A stretch of 64,000 nt of DNA from Podarcis pityusensis (Eukaryota), in NCBI GenBank assembly GCA_964106645.2, contig OZ067038.1; one strand, given 5' to 3'. Positions 25,819 through 38,325 of the stretch are shown here, in pieces; position 1 is the first letter of the stretch, and each line of letters starts with the position of its first letter. Position numbers and translations under genes: made by a program. Below the pieces are notes generated by a model, which did not search any database, was not told the origin of the DNA, and saw only the letters and a program-made list of their open reading frames with translations.

Positions 25819-26025
25819 CAGGGGTTGCCAACCTTTTTGGATCCATGGGCATGTTGTAGGCACCATACACACCCACCCACAGCCAAGCACACACCATAAC
25901 CTATTCTACTAGCTACAAAGAATGCTTCTTTCAAGCCTAAATTCAACAGGAGGGGACCCTGTGAGTACCAGGGAAGGCCTCTGGGGGTGCATGCATGCCC
26001 TTGGGTGCCACAATGGTGACCCCTG
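25819..26025. mobile_element. hAT MITE
   Basis: CAGGGGTTGCCA...TGGTGACCCCTG TIRs; TSD CTTTGTGG/CTTCATGG. Confidence 0.65.
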
Positions 26026-26814
26026 CTTCATGGATAGCATTTGGGGGGTTAGTACAGAGAGCCGGAGTTGTGCTCCCACCTTCAGGCTCAGAGGAACTTA
26101 GTAATGGAACGCGGCAGGTGACAAGTGAAGGGTTCAGACTGCTTCTCTATCTGCACTCTGCCAGTGAGGGGGTTAAATTTAACTTCGGCCGATTCTCAGG
26201 CGCCGCTACTTCTGCACCTTCTGCCAACAAATGCTGCCCTCCTTGAAAGCAAGGGAGGCCTTATTGACTGGAGGTTGTTTTTCTTTTCTTAAGTGTGAGG
26301 GGGAGGGAGTTGGCAAGGGCTGCCCCTACTAGGACAGGTGCTTTGAGGAGAGGCAGGGAAGTAATCCCAGTGGCCTCTGCCAAGAAGGTAGGGTGCCAGC
26401 AGGCAGGAGCAGTGGCCTTTCCAGCATCTGGGACTGGGCACTGTGCCTTTTTGGGAGAAGAGGAAGCCAAAGAGCAAAAACAAGTGCTGGGGGCAGCAGG
26501 ACACATTTCTAGAGTGGCTGTGGATTTTGTCTTGAGGCAAACGCTCAGCTCCATTCATTGTGGCACCCACTGCCAGGGCAGTTCAGGACTTTGAACATAC
26601 AAATGCTCACCAAAAGCAGTGAAATTTTGCTACCACATATAAACGAAGCAAGTTTGCTGACATGCACTTGCCCTACATGATTTATTTTATTTCCTGAAAT
26701 GGGTATGAGTAAGAAGGAGTGGGAGCAACAAGAGCAACCATGGAGTCTTGCTACTGACTATTGAGTCCTACTTAGTTTCCCTCTGGATTAAGTGTTCCCT
26801 GACATTGCCTATGG

Positions 26815-27110
26815 TAGGGTTGCCATATTTCAAAAAGCAAAATTCCTGACACCCACAAAGTTGTTGAGACCTCAAAAATGTTGAGCTTTTTTGGGGAACA
26901 AACCCAAATTATTGAGCTTTTGGGGGAAAACCTACCCCCCAAATAGTGATCTTAAGCTTTTGGAGCTGTTTCCACTGCTTTTTCCATCACATTGTCATAC
27001 ATCCGGGTTTTCCCTTACATTTTGCCACTTTGGCAAAATTCCCCCCGATGCCATTTTTACACCCGAAAACCAGGACATATCAGGAATTTTCCTGACATAT
27101 GGCAAGCCTA
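26815..27110. mobile_element. hAT MITE
   Basis: TIRs TAGGGTTGCCATAT/ATATGGCAAGCCTA; 8-bp TSD GCCTATGG/GCCTATGT. Confidence 0.85.
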
Positions 27111-27716
27111 GCCTATGTACTCATAAGTCTGTTTTTGCTGTCACAAAAAGAATGAAGTAGAAACTTGGTTTATTACGAATATTTATAAAATGAAAGCTGG
27201 TGATATTCTGTTTTTCACCAAACAGAAAATTATACACAGTGGATGTCAAGAATTTTGACTCCTGGGGCAGAAAATCCAAATGGCACTTCCCAGCGATGCT
27301 GTTGTATTTGATTATTATAATTTGAGAGGCTGGACCTCTTTTGTCTAGGATCTTTTCTGCAAACAAAATGTTAATACTTAATAGAAGGAAGCCACATATG
27401 TTGTTGTCTAGAAATGCTGAATTTGTGCCAGGCAATCTTAATTATGTACTAAAGTGCTATCACAAAATAAATGATCCATGAGAAAATATGTTAGTTGGGG
27501 TTTATGTAAAATACAATCCCTGTAGCTGTAGAGCTACAGCTTAAAAAAAGAAAAACAGCCACCCTTGACAATTTCTTGCCCTTTATTGGCACAAGTCCAA
27601 GACCACCTCCTTTCACCAGCCTGCCTACTTTGCAGTGGGGTTGGCTGTGTTTTCACAGGACAGCAAAATGTCCCCTGCCTTGCTTAAGAGGGAGGTCTTA
27701 TATCTCTTGTTACCAG

Positions 27717-27992
27717 CACCCCCTGTGCACATTGTGAACAAGAACGATGCCCATGTGCCTTTGGAAGTCCAGGAAGGAGAGAACATGACCCTGGTTGCCC
27801 GTCTCTCCCAAGAGAAAGCTTCTGTCCGGTGGCTGAAAAACATGCGTCCCCTTTATCCTGGGCCACGCCTGGTGGTGAGCAGCGAGGGGGCAGTGCGCAG
27901 CCTCACCATCAGGCAAGCTGAGCCAGGTGACAGTGGCACCTATACCTGTGACACTGGGGACGATGAAGTGCATTTCACAACGTATGTGCAAG
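27717..27992 (+). CDS. OBSL1: OBSL1 Ig exon (APPVHIVNKNDAH...)
   Basis: accag| and |gtaaga, 276 nt. Confidence 0.9.
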
Positions 27993-28557
27993 GTAAGATG
28001 GGCCCACCAGTTCCTTTTCCAGGCCTGATGGGGCAACAGTAGCAAGGAGAAGCTTCCAGAACCAAGTCCCCCCAACTCCTCCATCTTCCTTATGTTTCTG
28101 GAAGCCTGTGGCAGCCATTGTGGCAGTTCCATTCTGTGACATTGGCAGTGGGAGGAGGATTGGAAAAGTGTGTGGTATCACAAGGTGCTGTGACAGGAGG
28201 AGCATGTGTTTGGTGCTAGGAGCTGTAGGGTGGTCCCACGTGCAGCCTGTGAACTATCAACCTGCAATATCCTCCTTGCAAAGGTATTTCCTCCCTGGTG
28301 GTGGTGTGGGGCAAGGGGGAAACTCATGGACCAAACATCAGGGTCTGATGGAAGTCTCCTGTGTTCCCTAGTAACAAGGGAGAGTTGGAGTGACACACAT
28401 AGAACAACTAAAGAGAAAAGCCAGAAGTGGAGTTAGCTGCACCAATTGACAAGGTGTAGGGTGGGGATTTGAAGGAACCACTTGGCTCAGCTGGGCAGAT
28501 GTTGGAGACCATTCTGACCACCTTCTACCCTCTCTAATCCTCTTCTTCTTCCGCCAG

Positions 28558-28833
28558 AGGCCCCCGTGCTGTTTGTTCCCAAGCCAGAGCATCCAGAGAA
28601 GGTGCTGGTGCTGGAGGGTGGCAGTGCAGTGCTCTCTGCCATCGTCTCCAAGGAGCCAGCTATGGTGAGGTGGGAAGGACCTCGAGGGGCCTTGGTGGCG
28701 GGCGACCAGTGCCAGCTGCGCAGAGAGGGCCGGGTCCACAGCCTTCTGCTGAGCAACGTGGGCAAAGCAGATGCTGGAGAGTACATATGCCACTCCCATC
28801 ATGACCAGCTGCGCTTTGAGCTGAGTGTCAAAG
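28558..28833 (+). CDS. OBSL1: OBSL1 Ig exon (EAPVLFVPKPEH...)
   Basis: gccag| and |gtgaga, 276 nt. Confidence 0.9.
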
Positions 28834-29260
28834 GTGAGAGGTCTGTGTTGGGGAACACAGGAGGCAATCCCATATGAGACTGACAGCACTTCGGGGCTCT
28901 GTGGAATGGGCTGAACAAAAAGGAAGCAAGTCCCTTTAGGATGGCTTGTGAGACTCAAAATGGAGTGAGGATGTTTTGTTAATTTAATGCTTCTCCCACA
29001 TAGTGGCCTCCAGATGCTTTGGACTACAACTCCCATCAGCCTCAGCTGGACGCCACTACACAGGGAAGCCTGCATCAAATGATTTTGTTAAAGGCAGAAT
29101 TATGGCAGGTGTGCCAGCTTCTACCATACTGGGATAAGCCACATGGGTTGAAATTCTCCCTTTTACACAATGGTCAAAGGAGCCTGCTTCACCAAAGTCT
29201 CTGTATTTCCCAGTGAACCTGTATCTATTCCCAGTGAGCCTTGCACCTTTACTGGCTAGT

Positions 29261-29378
29261 CCAGCCTTCAGCAGCCTGATGTTCTCCAGATGTTTTGGAC
29301 TACAATTCCCATGCTGTCCGGGGTTGATGGGAAATGTAGTCTGAAACATCTGGATGATATCAAGTTGGAGAAGGCTGG
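29261..29378. mobile_element. Short hairpin MITE of the ccagatgttttggactacaa family; partial copies near 29005, 42530 and 48935
   Basis: Imperfect inverted repeat ccagatgttttggactacaattcccat / atgggaaatgtagtctgaaacatctgg. Confidence 0.65.
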
Positions 29379-30879
29379 CCTGGAGCAATTGCTAATTTAG
29401 TCTTATTCCAAACCTGACGGCTTTCTTTACAAGGGGATGTGGCAAGCACAAAACCGTGAGCCTCTCCCTGCCACATGATAGCCTAAAAGCTCACTTTTAT
29501 ATAGCTATGCTGTGTTGTTCAGGTAGTGAAGGACAGGGGCAGTCAGCAGGAGAGAACTGCAGGTGGAGTTGAAGCTTTGCTTGGTGTTATCTGTTTGGTT
29601 GCTCTTGATCTAGAAGAGACAGACCTCCGGCCAGTTTCAGAAATAGCCTGTATTTTTTCCTCCACACAGAGAACAATCAGTGGCTATTAGAAGTGTTAGT
29701 TAAATAGATTGTCTCTATTCATAGAGGCAATATTGACCTAATTTCCAGGTGCTTGGGGCAAACAGTGAGATGATCCCCATTGCGATGCTCTTGTATAATT
29801 CCAGAGGCATCTGCCTGGCCGCTGTAGAAAACATAATATGGGGTGAGAAGGGCTCTGCTCTGATCCAACAAGGCAGTTCATGGTTTATGACAATAAGTAG
29901 CAACCAAAGCTCTAGCACACAGGCCTCTTCTGCATGCTTATGTCTCTTATTTGGATCCCCACTTTGATCCCCCTAATCTGGGTTTGCACTTTAGCGATTG
30001 TGGAGTTGACTTTGCTTTGAAGGGGCCCGAGCCCAGTGGTGGAGCGTGGGATTTGCATGTCCAGCATTCTTCGACTCAGTCCTTGGCATCTCCAGTTAAA
30101 GGGATTCTAGGGTGGAGGGCCAGGAAACAACGCTGGCCTGACTCAGTACTGTAAGCCCACAACTTATACAGGGGTTACTTTCTGGAGATGGCGCTTAAAG
30201 CTAAAATCGTGTGTAGTTAAAACACTTTGGGTTCAATGGCGGGTGGGTACTGTATACTATAAGGCAACTTCATATACACAGGATTTTTATTTTTTCTCCA
30301 ACCCCTGCCACCACTTTTATGAAAGCAGCTTGTACTTTCTACATAAAAAACTAAAATCACTTATCTGCCATATTATATTTACACAAGATTTTCTGTTCCT
30401 TGGTTCAGCAACTGGCATTTTTGGCTTGGTGTAGAGCTTGGAACAGTCCAGCCCTTTTGTAGCCAAGATTGGAAAGCAGGGAGTCCAGTTCCCTGTGCTC
30501 AAATTCTGTGACTGGCATAAATAATGCATGTTTGCATGTGTTCACACAAGTTCCTTATTTATTCAGCAATTTGGAAGAGTTAAGAGTGAGTGAAGAGTGC
30601 TACTTCAGAAGCCTTTCCTTCTGAACTTAGTGAAAACCGTTCCTCAATCTTTTGGGTTTCTTCAGAAAATTATGTCCTCAAATATTTATTTGTTTTCATG
30701 AAGGTTGGAAATTTAGAAAGAATTGTGGGTCTTGGGCTTCTGCAAAAGATCTGAGTTGCTGTATGATCAGGATTTTCTGCAGGTTTCCAGACAACCACCA
30801 CTACTCACAGTATGTAAGACAGCAAGTGTTCTGCCTTTTGCCTTCTCACCTCAGTGGTACTATTCCTTGCCCTCCTCAG

Positions 30880-31146
30880 AGCTGCCAGTGAAGTTTGTTC
30901 GGGGTCTCTCAGATGTGCTGGCGCTGCAGGGGGAGACGGTGTTGTTCTGGTGTGAGCTGTGCAAAACCAAAGGCGATGTCCTCTGGCTGAAAGATGGGCA
31001 GGAGCTGGAAGCCAACGAACACCAGGAGATCCGAGCAGAGGGACGGGAACGTTCCTTGACCCTGAGACACGTAGGGCCTGAGGATGCTGGTGAATACTCG
31101 TGTGAAAGCAAGGATGACCGCACCCTCGCCATCCTCACAGTGCAGA
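30880..31146 (+). CDS. OBSL1: OBSL1 Ig exon (ELPVKFVRGLSDV...)
   Basis: ctcag| and |gtgagt, 267 nt. Confidence 0.92.
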
Positions 31147-31164
31147 GTGAGTCCTTTGGGGAAA

Positions 31165-31366
31165 GGGCCTGAGCTCAGTGGTTTTGCATTCAATGTTTTG
31201 CATGCCAAATGTCCCACATTCCATCCCCAGCACCTCCAGATAGGACTGCGATGGGGAAAGACGCCTTTCAGATTTCTGGAGAGCTGCTGCCAGTGGGTGT
31301 AGACAGTTCTGAATGGGATGTACCAATGGTCTGACTCAGTATAAGGCAGCTACCTATATTATTTCC
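31165..31366 (+). mobile_element. tRNA-derived SINE with CR1-like tail; other copies at about 9812-9967 (-), 38738-38880 and 49005-49175
   Basis: agctcagtgg..tgcatgc head; shared body ggagagctgctgccagt..gtagaca..ctga. Confidence 0.65.
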
Positions 31367-31574
31367 CATGGAACAACTTGCTCTGGTTCCAATAACCTGT
31401 GTCCATAATCCTACATACATTTTTATTGTGGGCCACTGAGATGCTATGAGGGCTGGGTGCTGGGATACCCCCACTGGACTGACAAGATACTGTGTATCAA
31501 TAGGCTTCTGGGATAGCCAGGGCCCCCCCAGCACAGGCCTAGCCATCCCTGACTCTAAGCACTTTCTTCCCCAG

Positions 31575-31844
31575 TCCCTAGATCAGTGGAAATCATTTCC
31601 GAGCTCCACAACTTAACTGTGCTGGAGGGGGATGATGCCACCTTCAAGGCTGTGGTGTCTCCAGATGACGTGGCTCTCAAGTGGCAGCACCATGGCCAAG
31701 ATATAGTGCCCAGTGAGCGGTTCGCCACCACCAGGGTTGGGCTGTGCCACACCCTCACCATACAGCAGTGCCGGCTGAGTGACACTGGCATAGTCACTGT
31801 CCACGCAGAAGGTCTGGTGAGTTCAGCCAGGCTCAGTGTGCAAG
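31575..31844 (+). CDS. OBSL1: OBSL1 Ig exon (IPRSVEIISELHNLTVLEGDDATF...)
   Basis: cccag| and |gtaaga, 270 nt; joins the previous exon in frame as A|TC. Confidence 0.93.
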
Positions 31845-32459
31845 GTAAGAAGAAAGGCGATGCTAGCATGTGGTTTTGGGATGGATCAAAGGAGCATCTA
31901 AGTAGCCGGGAGGTGGCACGTATTGGTAGTAAGCAGGAGTAGGGACACCTGTATTTACCCTATCTACCATGTGCCCCACCCTGCTTCTGAACTGTGCATT
32001 AAGGAAATGCAAATTCTGCTATCTGAATAAAGTAAACAAATTAAGAACGATTGCCCGTCTTTGCTTATTTGGCATGATATAGTTTGCTTCTTTAGCCCTG
32101 CAGGGCTCGCAATAGAAGCTTTGTTGGAAGTTCTGCTAAACCTCACCCTCACCCCTTGTCTTATGAGATTTTGCCTGCTGCTGCACAATTGATTTTTTAT
32201 TTTTTTTAATCCCCTGTAGCTCTACAGGTCCTTGCACTTTCAAGCAGCGAAAGCTGAGCTTCTCAGGGTGCTGGATTCTGTAGCCAGTACCAAATTCTGT
32301 TCCAACCAGCATGCCAAACGCACCTGGACCTTGATGGTTATAATTTGGCGCTTACAGATTCATGGTTCTCCCTGATAGAGAGGCAGGGGGCATGGCCTGG
32401 TAACATGCCAGGATAGGATATGAAACTGTAGTTGACAAATCTTTGACTTCTTCCTGCAG

Positions 32460-32726
32460 AGGCTCAGGTGATATTTGTGCAGACACTGCGTGACTTGATG
32501 GCTGAGGAAGGGCAAGACGTCTGCTTGGAAGTGGAGCTGAGCTTGGAGAGCGCAGAAGTGCAATGGATGAAGCAAGGCATCCTTCTGCAGCAGAACACCA
32601 AATACTCCATGGAGGCATGTGGGTCTCAGCGGACCCTTACCATCCACAACATTGAGCTTGCAGATCGGGGCACCTACCGCTGTGAGAGCCTGCATGACCG
32701 CACCCAAGCCAGGCTGAGTGTAGAAC
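32460..32726 (+). CDS. OBSL1: OBSL1 Ig exon (EAQVIFVQTLRDLMAEEGQDVCLEVE...)
   Basis: tgcag| and |gtaggt, 267 nt. Confidence 0.93.
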
Positions 32727-33488
32727 GTAGGTGCCAACCTCTGACTTCTTCCCCATCCTTTTTTGTCTCTCTGATCTTGGCTGTAGATTATCTGTGGCTG
32801 CCACAATTTTAACTGGTGTAGCCAGATAGAATCATAATTCACTGCTGCTGAAGGAGTTACATTGGTTGCCTATTCGTTTCTGAGCCCAATAAAAGGAGCT
32901 TACCTTTATGTCCTAAACGGCTTTGGACCCAAATATCTGAAGAAGCATCCCTCCCCCTACCAACCTGCCACACCTTAAGATCTTCAGAGGAGGCTCCTCT
33001 GCATGTACCTCTGTTGGAGGAGGTTTGTTTTGTGTCACAAACACAAAACTCTACATACCTGAAAACAGGCATTTTCAGCTCTTGCCCCTGTTCTGTGAAA
33101 TGTCCTTACCTTTGCCAAATGTGAAGCAGCAACCATCAGTTGCTTAGGATGACTTGTAAGGACTTACCTTTTGGCCCAGGCAAACTCATAAGATTGGAAC
33201 CCACCTTATGTATGAATCCCCTGAATCTGTTTTATATGTTTTTTAATAAAATACCATTTTGTTGATTTTAGGCTGTAGTTTTGTTTTAATGGATTTTTTT
33301 TTATATTGTATGTGGTGTGCGCCATTTTTTTTTTTAATTAAGCAGTTTAGAAATGCATTTGAATTAATGGAATACATCAATAACATTCCTAGCCAGCTGC
33401 CATTATTCTTGGGGAGCAGGCTGCTTTCTTGACAGAACCAAAATGGAACTTGCACTAATCTCTTAACCTTCTTTCCCCACTAATTCAG

Positions 33489-33755
33489 CCCGAAGGGTGA
33501 CGGTGAGGAAGCCTCTGTTGGATGTGGAGACTTTTGAAAAGGAGACCGTGACGTTTGAGCTGGAGCTGTCCCATGCCAACGTGGCCGGGGTCTGGACACA
33601 CGATGGCATCCGTGTGAAGCCAAGCTCCACCTGCCGAGTGAGCGCCACGGGCTTTGTGCACAGCCTGACACTGCTGGGGCTCACGCTGGACGACTCAGGG
33701 ACCGTGGCCTTCACTGCTGACACTGTGCGAAGTAGTGCCCGCCTTACTGTCCAAG
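33489..33755 (+). CDS. OBSL1: OBSL1 Ig exon (PRRVTVRKPLLDVE...)
   Basis: ttcag| and |gtactg, 267 nt. Confidence 0.92.
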
Positions 33756-35251
33756 GTACTGGGGCAAGGCAGTCCATGTGCAAAGGGCAGAATTGTCTTG
33801 TGCTAGATGAGCCCCACCTAATACATTCAGCAGGGATGGGCAGTCAAGGGGAAGCAATGGGAAGGAGATGCAAATGGGGATAGTGCCTGGAATGGCCCTG
33901 AGGTGAGGAAAGTCCTGTACATGCCCCTTCCTTCCTTCCTTCCCATGTGCAGTTGTCTGGGGTTGGAACCGCAGTAATGATACTTCCTGCTGCCCAGTTG
34001 GACCCTTGGGTCTGGGCTCTTCAGTAGCTGAACAAAGCAAAAACAAAACGCATCCAATGCCACTATCCTCAGCACCAACACAGAAGTGCCAGCTCACATA
34101 GAATGCTGTATTTAATACTTTCTTCTGCAAGCAGCAAATGCATTCTTTGGGCTGCAGCTCCCCCTGCTCCCGGGGCATGTCCACTGTGTTTTAGGAGATG
34201 CGCATCTCTCCCCTTCACATGCATTGACCACAACAAGCACTAGTTCAGGGATGGGGCATCATTTCCATTCAGCCATGCGCATTCTGTGCTGGGTAGCCTT
34301 CTTGGGGTGGTGGTCACATGCCAGTGGTGGGTGGAGCCAGGGAAAAAGATGGGCAGAGCAGTTAATGTTAATTGTGCCTCTGCATAATGGGCCAGTTTCT
34401 GTACATACTCACGCACCCCTTTCTATCCTCCATCCAGGCAAACAAAAGGTATTATCAGAGTTCTCAAGGGCACATTCCAGCCAAGCAAGAACATTCAAGG
34501 AAGGTGCCAAGCAGGGCCTGTGAGAGATGTGGCAGGGGTGGGTGGGTGGCCTGAAGAGAGCCTCAAGGGCCTGAGATTTCCCATCCCTTCACTAGTCCTA
34601 CAAGACACTCAGCCCGACACTGCTTTGAGCTGCTTTACACTCAATACAGCACTTGCAGTTACACTAAACTTCTCAGTTGATACTTACAGAATTTGCTGGC
34701 ACAATATGTGGTGATCACTACTAGCTTAGATAGCATTAAAATGGCAAGCTCACCTGGGGTGAGGCTATCAGTGGCTTCTGGTCATGAAGGCTGTGTACTG
34801 CCTCCAGTATCGGAGGCACCTTGCCTCTGAATATCAGTTGCTGGGAATGGCAGCAGGAGAGGATGGTTGCCCTCATGTCCTGCTTCTGGGCTTCCCAGAG
34901 GCATCTGGTTGGTCACTGTGGGAGGTGGGGTGCTGACAAGATAAGCCTTTGCCATCTGATCCAGCAGGTCTCTTCTTACACGTTTCTATGGAGCAATGTC
35001 CAAAGCTCCTTATTTCTGCAGGGCTGTGTCAAGTGCGAAGCACCTAACCGTGGGGTCAGGTTGGGAGTGGTGAAGGCAAGAGGTAAGGAAGCTGGGCGAG
35101 TGTGTGCCTTCCACGCTGAACTTGGGTAAGGGCTGCAGGGAGTGCCCTGCCTTGACTAAGCAGAGCGTTATGCTGTCTCATTGATCTTTTCCGTCTCCAA
35201 GTCGATGCATCTTTGTGCCACCTGCACCCGCCTTTGTCTCTGTCCCTGCAG

Positions 35252-35364
35252 AGCCACCAGTTACTATGCTGCGCTTTCCCCAGGATATGGGCATCCCTGA
35301 GACAGGCTCAGCCACCTTTGAGTGTGAGCTGTCCCGGCCCCTGGCTGAGGTGAAATGGTACAAG
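35252..35364 (+). CDS. OBSL1: OBSL1 half-Ig exon (EPPVTMLRFP...VKWYK)
   Basis: tgcag| and |gtgagg, 113 nt, phase 1-0. Confidence 0.92.
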
Positions 35365-35630
35365 GTGAGGGTGCTATCTCTAGCATTGCCCCCTCCTTTA
35401 ACTCTCCTGGATCTCCCCGGAGCTCCCAAGAGCAGTGGTTTTCCTTCCAAAGAGCGTGGCTTGTGGCAGGGTGAGCCAGTGCTTCTGCGATGCCCGCTTC
35501 CACATCTCCCCACTGTGCCCTTAGTGAACCCGAGAGCAGCACCCAATCCCCTGCTCTCTGGCATTCTCCTTCTCGCTGCCTTGCTCAGCCCTTAACCAGC
35601 CTCTCTTTTCTGTGTCCCCGGCTGCCCTAG

Positions 35631-35784
35631 GATGGGGAAGAGATCCAGACCGGGCAAAACTGCCGCATGTATTCAGTGGGACGCCGGCGCCTCCTACAGC
35701 TCAGCCACTGTGGCCTTGAAGACGCGGGCGAGTACACATGCGATGCTGGTGACTGCCGTGCCTCTGCCAAACTGAGGGTCTTTG
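35631..35784 (+). CDS. OBSL1: OBSL1 half-Ig exon (DGEEIQTG...DAGEYTCDAG)
   Basis: cctag| and |gtatga, 154 nt, phase 0-1. Confidence 0.92.
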
Positions 35785-37706
35785 GTATGAATGGCCTGGG
35801 CTGCATATGGGATCAGAGGTCGAGGAAGAGGGTTGGGCTATACAAAGCGCCCACATTCTCTGGGTGGGGGGTTGTCTGCTGTTCCCTTTTGCCATATGCT
35901 GTCGACTCACCCCCCTGCAGCATCTTCCTGGCACTGCCTCTCTTGTGCCTTGGAGGTAGACTTGGGATCGGCTACACCGTGGTGACTCAGAGTCTTGTTC
36001 CTGAAGCTTGTACAGCTTGTACAGGAAGCCGTGCTTAAGGATAAACATTCAGTGCTGGGTTTGAAAGGATATCTTTCTAACTTATAATAGCATTTCAGCA
36101 ATGGAAGAGCATGCCCAGGAGAGGAATCGTACTTCCTTAAAAGCCTTCAAGAAAACATTTGACAGCCTCATGTCAAGGTTGCTTTAAAAGCATAGATATC
36201 CCTTTTTAGGACTAGGAACTGGGCTGGAAGTGGATTGACTCGTTGGGTGATGATGTCTCCCAGCTCTGCGGTAGAAAGCAAGCTGTGCAGGAAAGTCTGG
36301 AGGGGATTAGTGGGGAGGATGGGACTCTAGCTTCTCAAGTTTTAATCTGAGCAGGGCTCAGCTTTGAAAGCTGATTTAATGCCAGGATATCTCTTGACAT
36401 TCAAGACGCCATAATAATGATAGAGATGTTTCTGGGCAAGCACAGAGTGCTGTCCTTCGTCCCTAAGAAAGGACAGCCAGCTTTCTCATGCACAACTGGA
36501 ATGAGGAAGTCAGACACCCCCCCCCCCCAATTCAGACAGTATAATTTCGAGGCATACCTGACCCTTGACTGACCAGTTAAGTACTGCTGCTCCTGTCAGA
36601 AAAAGTAACGACTTGGGTTACATAGACTTAAATTGATTTTAAAAAACCATTTTCTCAAAGAACCCCAGGTACTGTAGTTCTATGATGGGAAAGGTGAATT
36701 TCAATCCACCTCACAAAACTTCAGTTCCCAGGATTTTTTGGAGGAAATAATGAACATTATGAACATTAAACTGATGTAAAACCAGTTTGTCTGGAGTGTA
36801 AATATCCCTTAGGAGACTAGGAAACCCTAGTAGTATCTTAAGCTCCTTAGGCACTTGTAAGCTCTTTGATCCAAGTAGAGGAAGACAGAGGAAGTGAATA
36901 CTAATGGTGAATTCTTTAAGTCAGAACATGAGGCCTGTCGGGGTCCTAATTGGGCTTGTGAGGCTGTTTTCCCCCAGCCATGGCTAGCTGCCCCATACTA
37001 TATATTAGGTGACGGCAGGTAAAGATGCAGCTGCAAAAGAACAACTGGGAGCCTTAAAGCACATTTCTAATTGTTCCTCTACAAGTGGGGCTTGCATATG
37101 GAACTTTTTAAAATTTGGTCCCACATGCAAGCCCTTATGGGATTTGTGCCACTTGGGAGTTTCCAAATCGGATTGGCTCAGTTGTTGCCAGGCAGGTCTC
37201 CCTGGGGAGTGCATGCCATAGTCAGGGAGCCACCACTGAAAAGACCCTTTCTCCTGCAGCCTTTCTCTGTGCTTTGACTGGAGCGGGCACTAAGAGGAGG
37301 GCCTCCAATGATGACCTAAGGGTCCGGCAGGTATATCCAAGGGGAGATGTTCAGGAGGGCAGCACTAAATGGAAAATCCCTGATCAGAGGCTGCTGTTGA
37401 AGGCATTTGACCGGCCATTGTGGGAAGCAAGATGCTGGACTAGGGAGACACTTTGTCTAATCCAGCTCTTTTCTATAGTCTGAGAGAATGTATTTACTGA
37501 TTCTCATCAAATCATCCAATTCATGGAAAAGGAAGTTTGCTTGGATGAGATCAGTCTTTCTGGGCCAGTAATAACCAGAAGGAGTCCCACGGTCAGGGGT
37601 GGAAACAGGTCAGAGGCAGTGTTCTCTGTGGACCCCGTAAGCCCATATGACACCCAGTAGGAGGTGCTCCTCAGCCCCAACTTCATGGCTTTCTCCCCCT
37701 CTGTAG

Positions 37707-37868
37707 AACGCCAGGTTCAGATTGTGCGGGAGCTGGAGGATGTGCGTGTGCGAGAGAACGAGAATGCTGTCTTCATGTGTGAGGTGTCACTCGAGGAGGT
37801 GAAAGGCGAATGGTTCCGGGATGGGGAGAGAATCAAAGTCAGCAGCATTGTGAAAATACGGCAGGAAG
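37707..37868 (+). CDS. OBSL1: OBSL1 half-Ig exon (ERQVQIVRELEDV...KIRQE)
   Basis: tgtag| and |gtaagt, 162 nt. Confidence 0.93.
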
Positions 37869-38004
37869 GTAAGTGAACCCCTTCTGTCTTGTGGTGGTGC
37901 TGAGATGTGATCCCCTCTAACTTTGGGTCGAGGCAAGCAAGAATTGCAGCTACTCAGGGACAACTGATGACAAGTCAAATTGTGAGACAATGGCTGCATT
38001 CGGA

Positions 38005-38325
38005 CTTCATGATAAACCATAGTTTATTGTGATGGGGACAAGCCACTCTCTCCATTCCCTCCTGCTCAAGCGCAGCCTCAAGGAAGAGATTGAAAGTTTT
38101 TCCTTCCCGTTTCAATTAACTAGTTTAGCATTGCATCCCAACCCTAAACTGGCTAATTTTAACTATGGTTTGCTTGAAACAGACTAGCTTCAGAACCCAT
38201 AGTTTGAAATGGGCTTGTTTCAAAAACAAACCATAGTTAAAATTAATCATAATTTGTCACACTGGAGGAGGAGAGCTGTGGAGTGGGTTCATTCCCATCA
38301 CAATATACCTGTGGTTTATTATGGC
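38005..38325. repeat. Long nested imperfect palindrome, MITE-like
   Basis: Outer arms at about 38008-38048 and 38281-38324; inner arms at about 38157-38185 and 38211-38242. Confidence 0.7.

Noticed and set aside
336-31138. Recurrent minus-strand ORFs containing SHTNSPAS..SPSLYQRTGA
   Set aside because: Antisense shadows of the Ig exons
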